NCBI RefSeq assembly: GCF_018977255.1 | Contig: NW_024704743.1 | Coordinates: 26,846,001 to 26,910,000, forward strand | Source of the DNA: Callorhinchus milii | Lineage: Eukaryota | DNA length: 64,000 nt | Direction of reading: 5' to 3' | Shown here: one piece after another, positions 1 to 10,444 of the stretch | Layout of the letters: every line of letters begins with the position of its first letter | Position numbering within the stretch: the first letter of the stretch is position 1 | Notes under the pieces: generated by a model | Database searches by the model: none | Told to the model about the DNA's origin: nothing | The model's input: only the letters and a program-made list of their open reading frames with translations | Made by a program: the position numbers and the translations under genes

Positions 1-322
1 CAAATGCAGTGCTGGGTGGTGGGAACCTTTGGATGAGATGCTAAACTAAGGTCCCGTCTACCTGTTCAGTTGGACTTTAGTGATGCCATGGCACTATTTG
101 AAAAGAGAAGGGAGTTTGTCCCAGTGTCCTGGTCAATAATCAACCCCAAAGAAAAAAATGGTCATTCATTTCAAGGCTGTTCGTGGGACATTACTGTGTA
201 CAAATTGGGAACCCCATTTGCCTGCAAATACACAGTCACTCCACTTCACAGTAAAATCCTGTGAATCACTTTGGTACGTCCTCCCGACGTGAAAGCACAA
301 TAACAAATATAAGGATTATTAT
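1..322 (+). mobile_element. Old Deu-domain SINE (SacSINE1/LmeSINE1-like), 5' part outside window
   Basis: Contains the 'ggatgagatgctaaac..ggtcccgtctacctgttcag' body, a Deu-like core 'gtgggacattactgtgtacaaattgg' and the L2-type tail 'acgtcctcccgacgtgaaa..aaggattattat'. Confidence 0.8.
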
Positions 323-1268
323 CTGGTTATTAGGTCGGAGTCTTAACAGTTTAATATTTAACATGTCTGTCAAACTTCCACTGAGAGATGGTACTGTTAG
401 CATTTTCGACATCACCATCTCTTCTTTGTACATCTACAGCATTTCACAACAAGCATCTTTTAATGTGCAACATTTTTAATGTTAGCCCTAACAAAGTCAA
501 CATGAAGAAAGAAGAGTCTGAGTTCTTAATAACGAATAGGGAAGCTTTTGATTCTTTTAACAATCAACTGACATGATTAAGTTTGACTTGAAATTGTATT
601 TGAGTAAAGTCAATAATAAGTGAGGCATCAGTAGAGCATTAAGCAATGCAACTGCACAGTAAGCCTGATTATCCCTTCTTTCCACTTTACAGGGAGGACA
701 AAGTTACAAAGAGAAAGAGAATCAATGCTGTATATGGCACAGCAGGCTTTCCATTTATAATTACTCAATTATATATAGCTCGCAGCATGACCTTGTGATA
801 CATATTATGGGTCAAAAGTATTCTAGAAATAAAAATACATCAGCAAATGTATTTCTTTTCTGGCAGCAAAGATTTATCATGCAGCCTTACGATGAGGAGC
901 CATCCTGTCCTGGAACAGATGATCGGATCGTATATGTAATCCAATGAATGAAAAATTATTCAGATGCCAGCAGGAAAGAGTGTATCATTGAACCCTTGTA
1001 AGTGCTAAGTATCCTGCACCACTTAATTGAATATTAATTGGTAAAGAGCTGATTACTCATAATGACAAGGTAATTTATTGTTTGTGCAAAGTTGTTGGTT
1101 GACATGAAGCTACTTTTTGTTATTTGTATGCTTTAGTGCTTTATCGTTAACGTTGTACTGTTATGATGCTTTAAAGAGAGATTTGTAAGTGGGAAAGTAA
1201 CTAATATGATCAAACACTTGTTTCCCAACCAGAGTCCCAAAATATCACACCTGTAAAAGCATTATGTC

Positions 1269-1410
1269 TTAATAGGTAAGACTGTGCTGAACTGGCATAT
1301 TAAATTAAATTTTAATTTTCAAGCCATTTTCTTGAAGAACTGCAGAAAACTGTCTTTCAAATTAAAACTGAATTGAAAACTTTCCAAGCATTCTGCTTGA
1401 TCTACAGTAT
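1269..1410 (-). mobile_element. Copy of unnamed ~150-bp MITE-like repeat
   Basis: Reverse complement aligns to 55321-55420 (tggaaa..aattc.gt.ttaatttg.aag...gttttctgcagttct); degenerate TIRs. Confidence 0.55.
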
Positions 1411-1994
1411 CAAAGACCTGGATAAGATTAACTTTATTGAAGACAAAAATTGACATGATGAAGTCCATCCCTTAGCCTCACAATGGTCAATAAAAGAGAT
1501 AACAGAGTGAATTGTGGTGCTCGTGGTACAGACTATGCAACCCCACCAGCTGGAGACAGATCTGAAGTGGTAAATTGTAAGGCAAATGGAAAGAAAATAC
1601 CTATGTATGGTCCATTTTTTGTTGTGCCCAGATGAAAGACCTCTGCAAGGTAATATTCCGCTTGTTGCTAAGTGCATTGATATAGATGTGCATTTATGAA
1701 AGGAAACAGCAAGAACAACTTGCATGTATAAGGCACCCTTCACACAGGGTAGCATCGCAGAAAATGCTATACAGTATTGCTACATGGAATAGAATTCATT
1801 GCCACTTCTCCCTCCAGAATTCTTCTGCCTTTAGGTAAATCAGTTGTCTGAAAAAATAATCAATGTAGGGAGAAAGCAGGATTACTTTGGGAAGTTAATC
1901 TTCTAGTTATTTAAGTGAATTTTTTTAATGTTTAACAATATTCCATTGTCCAATTCATCATGGGAATACACTTCTTACAATGAATTAATTTTAG

Positions 1995-2415
1995 GCTGGC
2001 TCAGTTGTCAGCATGGGTGACTGAGTCAGACGATTTTGAGATTTAACTCCATGTCAGGAACATAGTCTTGCATGCTGCTCCAGTGCAGTCTCTGGGGGAG
2101 CATTGCATTGTCAGAGGTGTTGTTTTTCAAATGACATGTTAAACCTGGCTATTCGTTCAGCCAGACATTAAAGAACCTGCAACAATATTCAGAAGGAGAA
2201 AGGAGTTTCTGCTAGTCAATGCCCAAGATAAAAAGACATGGTCATTTACTGCATGATAGTTTGTGAAACATTGATGTGTGCAAATTGGCTGCTGCATTCA
2301 CCTTCAATTCATTACATTACAATCACTACACCTTACGGAAAAAAACTCTGTAAGAAGAGCTTTTAAATGTTTCAATGTGATAGCACACACATATCAAATG
2401 CAAGATTATTATTAT
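1995..2415 (+). mobile_element. Old Deu-domain SINE, near full length, diverged
   Basis: tRNA-like head 'ggctcagttgtcagca..ctgagtcaga', body, Deu core 'tgtgtgcaaattggctgctgcatt', tail 'caaatgcaagattattattatt'. Confidence 0.75.
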
Positions 2416-3162
2416 TGCAACCTGTGCAAACAATCGGTTTTGTTACTGGTTTTGGGAAAGGCAGACCAGACTTATCAAGAATAACATGATGGGATCAGAT
2501 GAAGAAATAACTTTTTCCCATTTGCTCTGATACTGGCTTTAGAATGATCACTGTGATGGAATCGGAGAACCATCATCAATTTACACAGGTCTCAATTTTC
2601 ATTCCCTTATTTTGAAAGTTTTTAAAAGTTGCTTATCAACTTAAGGAAGTCAAATAAATCAATGTAGCTTACAGAGATGTAGTTGTACATTGTGTTTGGT
2701 GATTTTATATCCATTCTCTTACCAGCTGTTCTTACCTTCCATATCCATATTTATTTTACACTTGATATAGCGCCTTTCATGTTGGGAGGATTCACAAGAT
2801 TCATGTAGCCTGCAGGGTTTTTTTTGTAGGCAAACATTATTACATTTGAGAATATGTAACTCCATGTGATATTTTGAAATATGATTGTATCTACTTTATC
2901 AGTTTGATTCAGTGGGTAACCTGACATATCCATGTTACTGACACATCTTTGATGCCCATGCATAAATGCTATTTGTTACCGATTGTAATCACATATGACC
3001 AGTAACCATTTCTCATTCAGCCTTAATTGATTTGCAACTGTGAAGATTTATTCCTCATTAGAACTTAGAAGATAAGGAAATATCTCTGCTTTAAAAATTG
3101 TCATCTACCTAAATAGTCATGTATAAGTGTAATATGTTCGCATTCTCTCTCTCTCATTGTCT

Positions 3163-3492
3163 CGTGGAGTCCTGTAGCTCAGTGGTTAGAGCACTCGCTT
3201 TGCAGGCGAGAGACCTGAGTTCAATTCCAGGCAGAGGGCGAAACCTTGGGCAAGTTTCCTTACTCCACACGCCTAATAATAATCCCTCCAAAACCAAAAA
3301 CAATAATAAATTGGTCATTTTCAATCTACGACTGTTTGTGGGACATTGCTGTGCGCAATTGGCTGCTGCTGCCCACAAATATACAGTTAATTCACTTTAC
3401 AGTGTGTTCTGTGAAGCGCTTTGGGACGTCCTCCCGACGTGAAAAGCGCTATATCTAATGCAAGGATTATTATTATTATTATTATTATAATT
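3163..3492 (+). mobile_element. Young tRNA-derived Deu SINE (short form) with L2-type tail
   Basis: A box TAGCTCAGTGG, B box GAGTTCAATTCC, Deu core, tail stem-loop ACGTC-ctccc-GACGT, (TTA)n; nearly identical to the copy at 50255-50580. Confidence 0.92.
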
Positions 3493-3659
3493 ATGTTGTG
3501 AATACTCGGTGAAGATAGGCCAATGATCAATCTGCAGTTCAAATGCCTGCCAAGATGCACTATCTAGGCTCATACATGAAACACAATCATTCGAGTCATG
3601 TATTGGAAGACTGCTAGTGGCCCTGGAACCCCAGTATGTTCACAACAGGCAGTACAATT

Positions 3660-4010
3660 GAACTCACAGTCTAGGCTGATACTCCAATGCAATATTGGGG
3701 TGTGCTGCATTGCTTGAGATCCTCCTTCAGATGATTTGTTAAGATGAGTTGTTTTTCAGGTCGACATTACAGATCCTATGGCAGTGTTTGAAAAAAAGAG
3801 AAAGATGATTCTGCTAGTGTGCTGGTCAACAATCCCCCAAATAAAATTGGTAACTCACTTTATGGTCGTTTGTATGCATAAAATTGCTTGCTGTGTTGAC
3901 CAACAAATACACAGGTACTACATTTCACAGTAAAATCCTATGAAGCACTATGAGACGTTTCGATGATGTGACAAGGCCTTATATTAAACACAAGGAGTTT
4001 CATAATTATA
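3660..4010 (+). mobile_element. Old Deu-domain SINE, diverged
   Basis: 'tctaggctgatactccaatgcaatattggggtgtgctgcattg' body and a degenerate tail. Confidence 0.7.
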
Positions 4011-4085
4011 TAATACAGCTCCTTTAATGCACTGTGCATTCCTTTGGGGTACAATTTGACCTCAGTCTAGACTCACTCAATTAAC

Positions 4086-4245
4086 GTAGCATTTCAAAGG
4101 GTCCAGAATTTGTTAAATTCTTAAACACAGTATTTAATTTTAAAGTCACTCTCTGTACTTTTCTTTTAAGAACTATAGAAACCAGGCTCCGAAGTTAAAA
4201 CTAAATTCAACAATTTGTCAAATTCTGCACATGCTGAAATGCTAC
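4086..4245 (-). mobile_element. Copy of unnamed ~150-bp MITE-like repeat with TIRs
   Basis: Ends GTAGCATTTCA..CAGAATTTG and CAAATTCTG..TGAAATGCTAC are inverted; interior aligns to 55301-55453. Confidence 0.6.
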
Positions 4246-4519
4246 ATTAATAGAGTAAATGTTTTCCCAGGTGAATGTCTACCACATTATTCTTGTTACA
4301 TACATTGTCAAGCAGTCCGTGCCTTTGCAATGTTTGTTCTGCTTTTATACTTGGATCATATACGCTGTGACCATATGACCTTCATGTCTGATCTGCCAAA
4401 TTGTAGCTTTGTATTCAGTGAAAACTTCATTTGGTGCTTTTCATATTGGGAGGATTCACAGGATTTGTTGTAAACTGCAGTGGGATTTTGTGTACACAAA
4501 CATTATTACATTTTAGATA

Positions 4520-4660
4520 ATTATTTGGGAAGGACAAGTTTGCAGGGCTATGGGGAGAGTGCGGGGGAATGGAATTGATTTGGGTAGCTCGTTTCAAAGA
4601 GCCGGCACAGACATAATGGGCCGAGTGGCCTCCTTTGTGGTGTATATATCTGTGACTCTT
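4520..4660 (+). mobile_element. CR1 LINE 3' end fragment
   Basis: 'gcagggctatggggagagtgcgggg..agagccggcacagacataatgggccgagtggcctcct' is a typical CR1 3' terminus. Confidence 0.8.
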
Positions 4661-5569
4661 TGAATACCTTCAATAGACGAGGGGATAAAATGAATACACA
4701 TAAATAAATAGATCAACTGCATTTGAAACTTATTAAAAAATCAACAAAAAAGGGAAATAAGTGGCAATCCCTCCATTGATATAACAATGATATAATTGAC
4801 CACCAATGATTTCCAAGCTACATATATTTCATGGGTTTCGGAATAAGGGTGAAAATACAAGAAATGTAAAAACAAAGTTTGACATTGAGATTTTTCAACA
4901 ATTTTCCCTTCACTGATTCGCGTGCACTTCATGTTTACCGCTCACATCCTTCACAGCAGCACTTCATCCTTAGAAAGGGAGTGAGTGAACTGTGGAACAA
5001 TTATGTTTCATAGGTGACAATTTATGATTTTGGATGGATAAGCACGTAGGCATGTGCAAAGTTGAATCTTTCTCCAACCATCACCAATAGCAACGGCATC
5101 AGCTTTTCTACAGCTGAATGCCCTTCAGTGAGATATAACCCCCAACTGACTGTCCTCTATAGGTATAAAGGCAGATAAATAAAGCCTGCAACAAATGTGC
5201 TCATCATTTGGCACACCAGAGACTGATAGAAGTGTTCTAAGGTTTTAGAATTTGAGTATGAGTCATGTTTTTGATCAATAAGGAACAAGACAGTTGAAAT
5301 ACCTGCAAATCCTCATTTTATACTTATAAGCACACCTTTCATAGGTACTTATCTTTTAGGTAACACACTTGTATTATTGAATTAATACATTGTTGAGTAA
5401 ATCATTGTAACATTTGCCTGCGGAAACAGACGGGGGGATATATGGACATATTCAGTACTAAATCCATTTGCTCTTTGAAGAGGGAAAAATTGCCCATTTG
5501 AACCCATCGTTCCAGAATATGTAACCATTGCAATGACTGCTGTTCTGCAAACATTGCAAGTTCAGTGTC

Positions 5570-6000
5570 ATCTTGGCTTATTTGGGTCAGAGAGTGGCAG
5601 GTTCACATTAGGACTCAGTGCAGTATTGAGGGAGCACTACATTGTTTCAGTGCTAACTTTCTGAGGATGCGTCAAACCAGCATCCCATCTGTTTGATTGA
5701 TTTGACATTAAAGACCCTATGCCACAATTTGAAAACTATTTCTCTTAGAAAAGTGAAGAGTTCCCCTAGCATTCTCTGCTCCAGATAACAACAAATGACA
5801 TTTGTCTAGCACCTTTCATGTCTGGAGGACGTCCCAAGATGTTGAAAATGAATTGATCATCCATCTCATGGCTGCTTATGGACCATCGATGTGTGCAAAT
5901 GACTGCTGCGTTTGCCTAGAAAAGCAATTACTGCACATGACAAATTAATGTGAAGCTCTGAGATATTACAAGATTACAGCTATTATAACAATCCAAGTTC
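5570..6000 (+). mobile_element. Old Deu-domain SINE with an inverted L2-tail fragment inside (~5788-5845)
   Basis: SINE body and Deu core 'gtgtgcaaatgactgctgcgtttgcc'; internal minus-strand 'acaacaa..tagcacctttcatgtctggaggacgtcccaag'. Confidence 0.65.
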
Positions 6001-6489
6001 TTTTTGTCGACCCCATTCTCTGAATTATATAAAGCATGATTGTCATCAGTCTTAGTCATTATTACTAACTGGATTGTAAAAAGAAATCACTTGAGCTAAT
6101 ATAATATTATGTCAGTTCACTTGCACTGTCTCACACCAAACGCACGCATGATGGTTTTTTGACCCTTCACATGAAGCTCAAACATTTTAATATCTAGGTC
6201 AATTGAGTATTTATTCAAGAGTCCTTGAATCATTTCCATTCCTTTTCTGGTCCTTTTCTTCCATTCCCTTATCTTCCACTAGAAATTGTTCCATCAATAT
6301 AATAGTGTAACTTGCATTTAGATAGTAGCTCTCATGTAAAAAATAAATATGTTGAAGTGCTGTAAAAGAGTATGATTGTTTGTAACTTATTTTGGAAAAA
6401 CAGCCAGCTAAGCTGAACCAACAACATCTCAAAAGCAACACAAGATCACAAGAGAGATCTTGTGATGAAGAAGAGTCTTCGGCCCATTC

Positions 6490-6629
6490 GACTTCCTTCC
6501 CCAATATCAGATCACACTTGAAGACCTCTTTGACTGAGCTTACAGTCACCTCCCAGCTCAGTGACAAGCTGAGCGATCCAAGATGCTACCCTGCGTGAAA
6601 TGCAAGTTGATGTTGTTTGTTGTTGTTGA
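6490..6629 (+). mobile_element. L2 3' end fragment
   Basis: 'cttgaagacctctttgactgagc..gatgctaccctgcgtgaaatgcaagttgatgttgtttgttgttg'. Confidence 0.6.
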
Positions 6630-6905
6630 TCTCATCCATCCAGAATATCCCACCTACCATCTTCCCATTACAACATCACGCTGTTTTTTAAATGGGTCCA
6701 GTGTCTGTCCCCAACTACATTCCTGGTAAACTCATTCCTGTCCTTAGTTACCCTTTGGATAATGAAGGACAGAAATACTTCCTAGTCAGTGTCCTGAAAT
6801 TGTCCTTTAAGACCCTAAGCCTATATCCTTTTGTTCTGCTGTTCCAGTGTATCTGAAAGTATTAATCTGAGTCTACTTTCTCAATCCCATTTAAAATTTT
6901 ACGTC
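6630..6905 (-). mobile_element. CR1 3' fragment, diverged
   Basis: Reverse complement resembles the CR1 ORF2 C-terminus and 3' UTR (aggaagtatttc..ccaaagggtaactaagga..gaatgagtttaccagg). Confidence 0.6.
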
Positions 6906-7242
6906 CTTTAAGTTGTTCAAGACTGCTTAAGATGTTCAAGACTGCTTAGGATACAGTGATTTGGTTGTTGAAAGTAATAAACCCAATAGCTCAGAAGATA
7001 ATGAAGGCTCAGACCTCCAATCTAACTGACTGTCCTTTTCATATGTGTCTCCATTTCATTCCACTCCGAAGCATTTGAGATGTCTCTTTTATGCTTAAAT
7101 ACAATTTACATAGCACCTAAATACAATTTATATAGCACCTTTCACATCAGGAAGAAGAAACAAAACACTTTTTAAGCATAAAGTGACCTAATATAAAATC
7201 ATGCATCATGAAGCATTTGCCTACAGAATACATAGTTATAAT

Positions 7243-7549
7243 AATAATAATAATCCTTGCATTTGATGTAGCGCTTTTCATGTCTTCTAACCATCTCAAC
7301 GTACTTCACAGAATATACTGCAGAGTGAATCAACTGAATATTTGTGGGTGAAACGTAGAGGCCAATTGCTCACAGCAGTGTCCCACAGTCATGGATTGAA
7401 GTGACTAATTTATTATTGTTTTTTTTCTTGAAGGATTATTATTAGATGTGTGGAGTATAGAAACTTGCCCAAGGTTTTGCCCTGACGGGAATCGAACCAA
7501 TTGTTCGCTTGCGAGGCGAATGGTCTAACCACTGAGCTGCAGTACTCCA
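7243..7549 (-). mobile_element. tRNA-derived Deu SINE (short form)
   Basis: Reverse complement of the 3163 family: head 'tggagtactgcagctcagtggttagacc', tail (TTA)n. Confidence 0.88.
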
Positions 7550-7821
7550 CAGTAGTACTCTGCAGTATATAATGCAGTTAATACACTTTATACTGCAGTA
7601 CCTCCTTGGAAGCACTTTGAGACATCCTCCTACCAAGGAAGGTGCTATATCAAATGGAAAGATTATTATTTTGTAAACTAGTCCACGGTGTTTATATTCC
7701 ACTTAATCTTCACCTCACTTAATCCCTCCACCATAATCATCTATTCCCTTCTCTCTCATGTATATATACTGGAAGGTACTAAGTAGAGAGCCAGTAGAAA
7801 CAAAATGCATATTGAACCAAT

Positions 7822-8213
7822 GTGGAGTTCTGTAGCTTAGTCGTTAGAGCATTCACCTCGCAAGCAAGAGAACCTGGGTTTGATTCTCGGGCAGGGCAAA
7901 ACATTGGGCAAGTTTCCTTACTCCACACGCCTCGGTTTACCTGGCAGTAAGTAGGAACCCAGTTGTTAGTCGATTGGTGGATCACTTTTACAGGTGTAAT
8001 AATCCCTCCCAAAAAAAGAGAGAAATAAATAAATAATAATAATTTGGTCATTCAATCCAGAACCGTTTGTGGGACACTGCTCTCTGCAGTTGGCTGATGC
8101 GTTTCGCCCACGAAACATACAGTCACAACACTTTACAGTATATTCTTTAAAGCGTTTGAGACATATCAAAGACGTGACAAGGTGCTATATCAAATGCAAG
8201 GATGATTATTATT
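7822..8213 (+). mobile_element. tRNA-derived Deu SINE, long form with extra ~65-bp segment
   Basis: Same head and tail as 3163, plus 'cggtttacctggcagtaagtaggaacccagttgttagtcgattggtggatcacttttacaggtg'. Confidence 0.88.
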
Positions 8214-8364
8214 AAAAGTATGCAAAATGCTGAATTTGAATTCCTGTGATGCCGTTGTCTTTTCAAAGCCAACTTTCAGTAATCTGATTCAGCATGCCAT
8301 TTCATATAGCTTATCAATAAGATGCAATGCTAAGTAAAGCACAGTGCAACTTGGAACTCCTATA

Positions 8365-8720
8365 ACCCAAAATGACACTCCAATGCAGTGCTGAGGTGTG
8401 CTTCTTTATTGGAGATGCCGTCATTCGGATAAGATATTACACCTAGCTCCCATGTGCCTGTTCAGGTGGATGGTAAATGGCACTGCTCAACAAGAGAAGG
8501 GAGTTTCTCCCGGTGTCTTGGCTGACAATCAACCAAATAAAATAGATAATTTACTGTATGGCTGGTTGTGTGACATTGCTGTCTGCAAATTTCCTGCCAC
8601 ATCTATTTAAAAACACACAGTCAATATAGCTTATAGGTTATCCTCTGAATCCCTTTTATACGTCCTTCTAACATGAAAGGCACTATATCAGATGTAAGGA
8701 TTATGATTGCTATATTATTT
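8365..8720 (+). mobile_element. Old Deu-domain SINE
   Basis: 'tgacactccaatgcagtgctgagg..tgcctgttcaggtggatg..' body and tail. Confidence 0.7.
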
Positions 8721-10444
8721 TTTTCAAATATTAGCATTTCAGCGTCAGAATCAATGATGATTGATGCTTATTTCCAGAATCAGTTGTACATTTTCTCTCA
8801 TTCTATTTATTGTACCATCATTTGCATTATAATTTTACCTAAATATTTATCAGGGTGGAATGAAATGGAGAGACACATGAAACGACAGTCAGTTAGATTG
8901 GAGGTCTGAGCCTTCATTATCTTCTGAGTTATTGGTTTTATTACTTTGAAAGTAATTACAATCCAATCATTGTATCTTAAGCAGTATTGAAAATTCATTG
9001 TTCAAGACTGCTTAATATATGTGACAAATATTCTATCAGTCTACATATGTAACCCTAAGTGGTACAAATTCTATTTAAATACATTTACCGCCTGAAGTAT
9101 CACTAATGTACCACTCTATTTGGACAACGTCCCTGTAAAAAAGTATTGATATCTGCACCTCGGCCTCATCCTGAGTAGCCTGGAGCTGCTTATCTTACCA
9201 AGCAGGACAGAAGACCACCGTTGGACCTTTTTTTTTGAGTTTAGAGAAACAGGAATGCGTTTCATTGTTCTCTTGTTGAAATATTTTGTTAGCGAAACTG
9301 AAATTTATAATTTCACCTATTTTTGGAACATTCAAAATGTATTCAATTACTGAATATCCAGCCAGTGAGGAGCTAGTTGATGTGAAGTTACTATAGTTTT
9401 CTTTTCAGGGCTGTCACTCAGTATTAATGCAACACAGCTCCACGAATGGAGTTGAGAAGGAAGCTTTACCCATTGTAATTTGTTTTTGGACACAGTTTCC
9501 AAGTAGTACTATGCTAAAGTTTGCCACATGTGCAGGCAGAGGAACACTTTGGCCAAGGTCTTTCCACCTGAGGTGGGGTAAAGTACAATACAGGTTCCAT
9601 ATTGGTTTTGGTATTTGCTATTTATGAATGTCTTTATCTCAATGAAACCAATCTTAATGGTTTAGATTTCATAATGACCTCCAATCATTTATCCTCAGCA
9701 TCTCTTTCAGCCCACTTATCTACAGTCTCTTCTGCATATTTATATGATTTAAAACTGCAATGCTTTCACTCTGTGCCATACATTACTCCTTATACCCTTA
9801 TCTCTGCTCTCCACAGTTTATTTTCTTCAAATGATCCTTAAATTAAATTTCTCACTCCAGACTGCACTATTTTCAAATTTTCTGCACCATCTCTTTGGAT
9901 TAATTCTCTGGGCTCTGGTTAATATTCGTTGTATCTTCACAAATGCAGAGGCTACATCTGAGGACTTGAGCATAGCTAATGTAATCCCAATATTCAAAAT
10001 AGACTAAGATGGATATCGGGGAATTATGGAGCAGTTTGATTGTGCTTATATACTTGCTGCGAAATGCCATCAATGTATGAGGGGGGACCATAAAAGTCGT
10101 AGAAGCCTTTATTGTAATTTTAGAAACCAGTATTTCACATCTCACAAACCTACTGGAATAATTTTGAGGACGTAACTAAATTAGTGGATGGAGGCTGATT
10201 TAGAGGACATAATTTACCCGAGTTATCAGAAGGGATTTGAGACTAAATAATTATGCATTTTCAGTGTTTATAGAAGGCTGATTATGTTAATGAAAATACA
10301 ATCATTGGATTGATTATGCACGTGTAAGACACTGTCTGATCTATTGGAAGTGTTTGTTTTTGTCTGACACACAGGGAAACCCATCACCATTTTCAAGAGT
10401 ATCCAAACTACAGTAAATCCTGTGAATACAATATACATTTATAT

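Larger units (their letters stand above)
6913..9015. repeat. Inverted repeat (arms 6933-7064 and 8855-8992) bracketed by a perfect 18-bp direct repeat TTGTTCAAGACTGCTTAA (6913-6930, 8998-9015)
   Basis: Read directly by aligning the reverse complement; about 90% identity over the ~90-bp core. Confidence 0.9.

Noticed and set aside
1456-1566. C/D-box snoRNA (ATGATGA..CTGA)
   Set aside because: No terminal stem and no recognisable rRNA/snRNA antisense element
3163-3240. tRNA gene (A/B boxes, TGC-like anticodon region)
   Set aside because: No closing acceptor stem, and it continues into the SINE body; it is a SINE head present in many copies
9150-9237. GC-richer segment ending in a T-run, as a possible Pol III RNA
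   Set aside because: No A/B boxes and no similarity to vault, Y, 7SK or U6 RNAs that I can recognise
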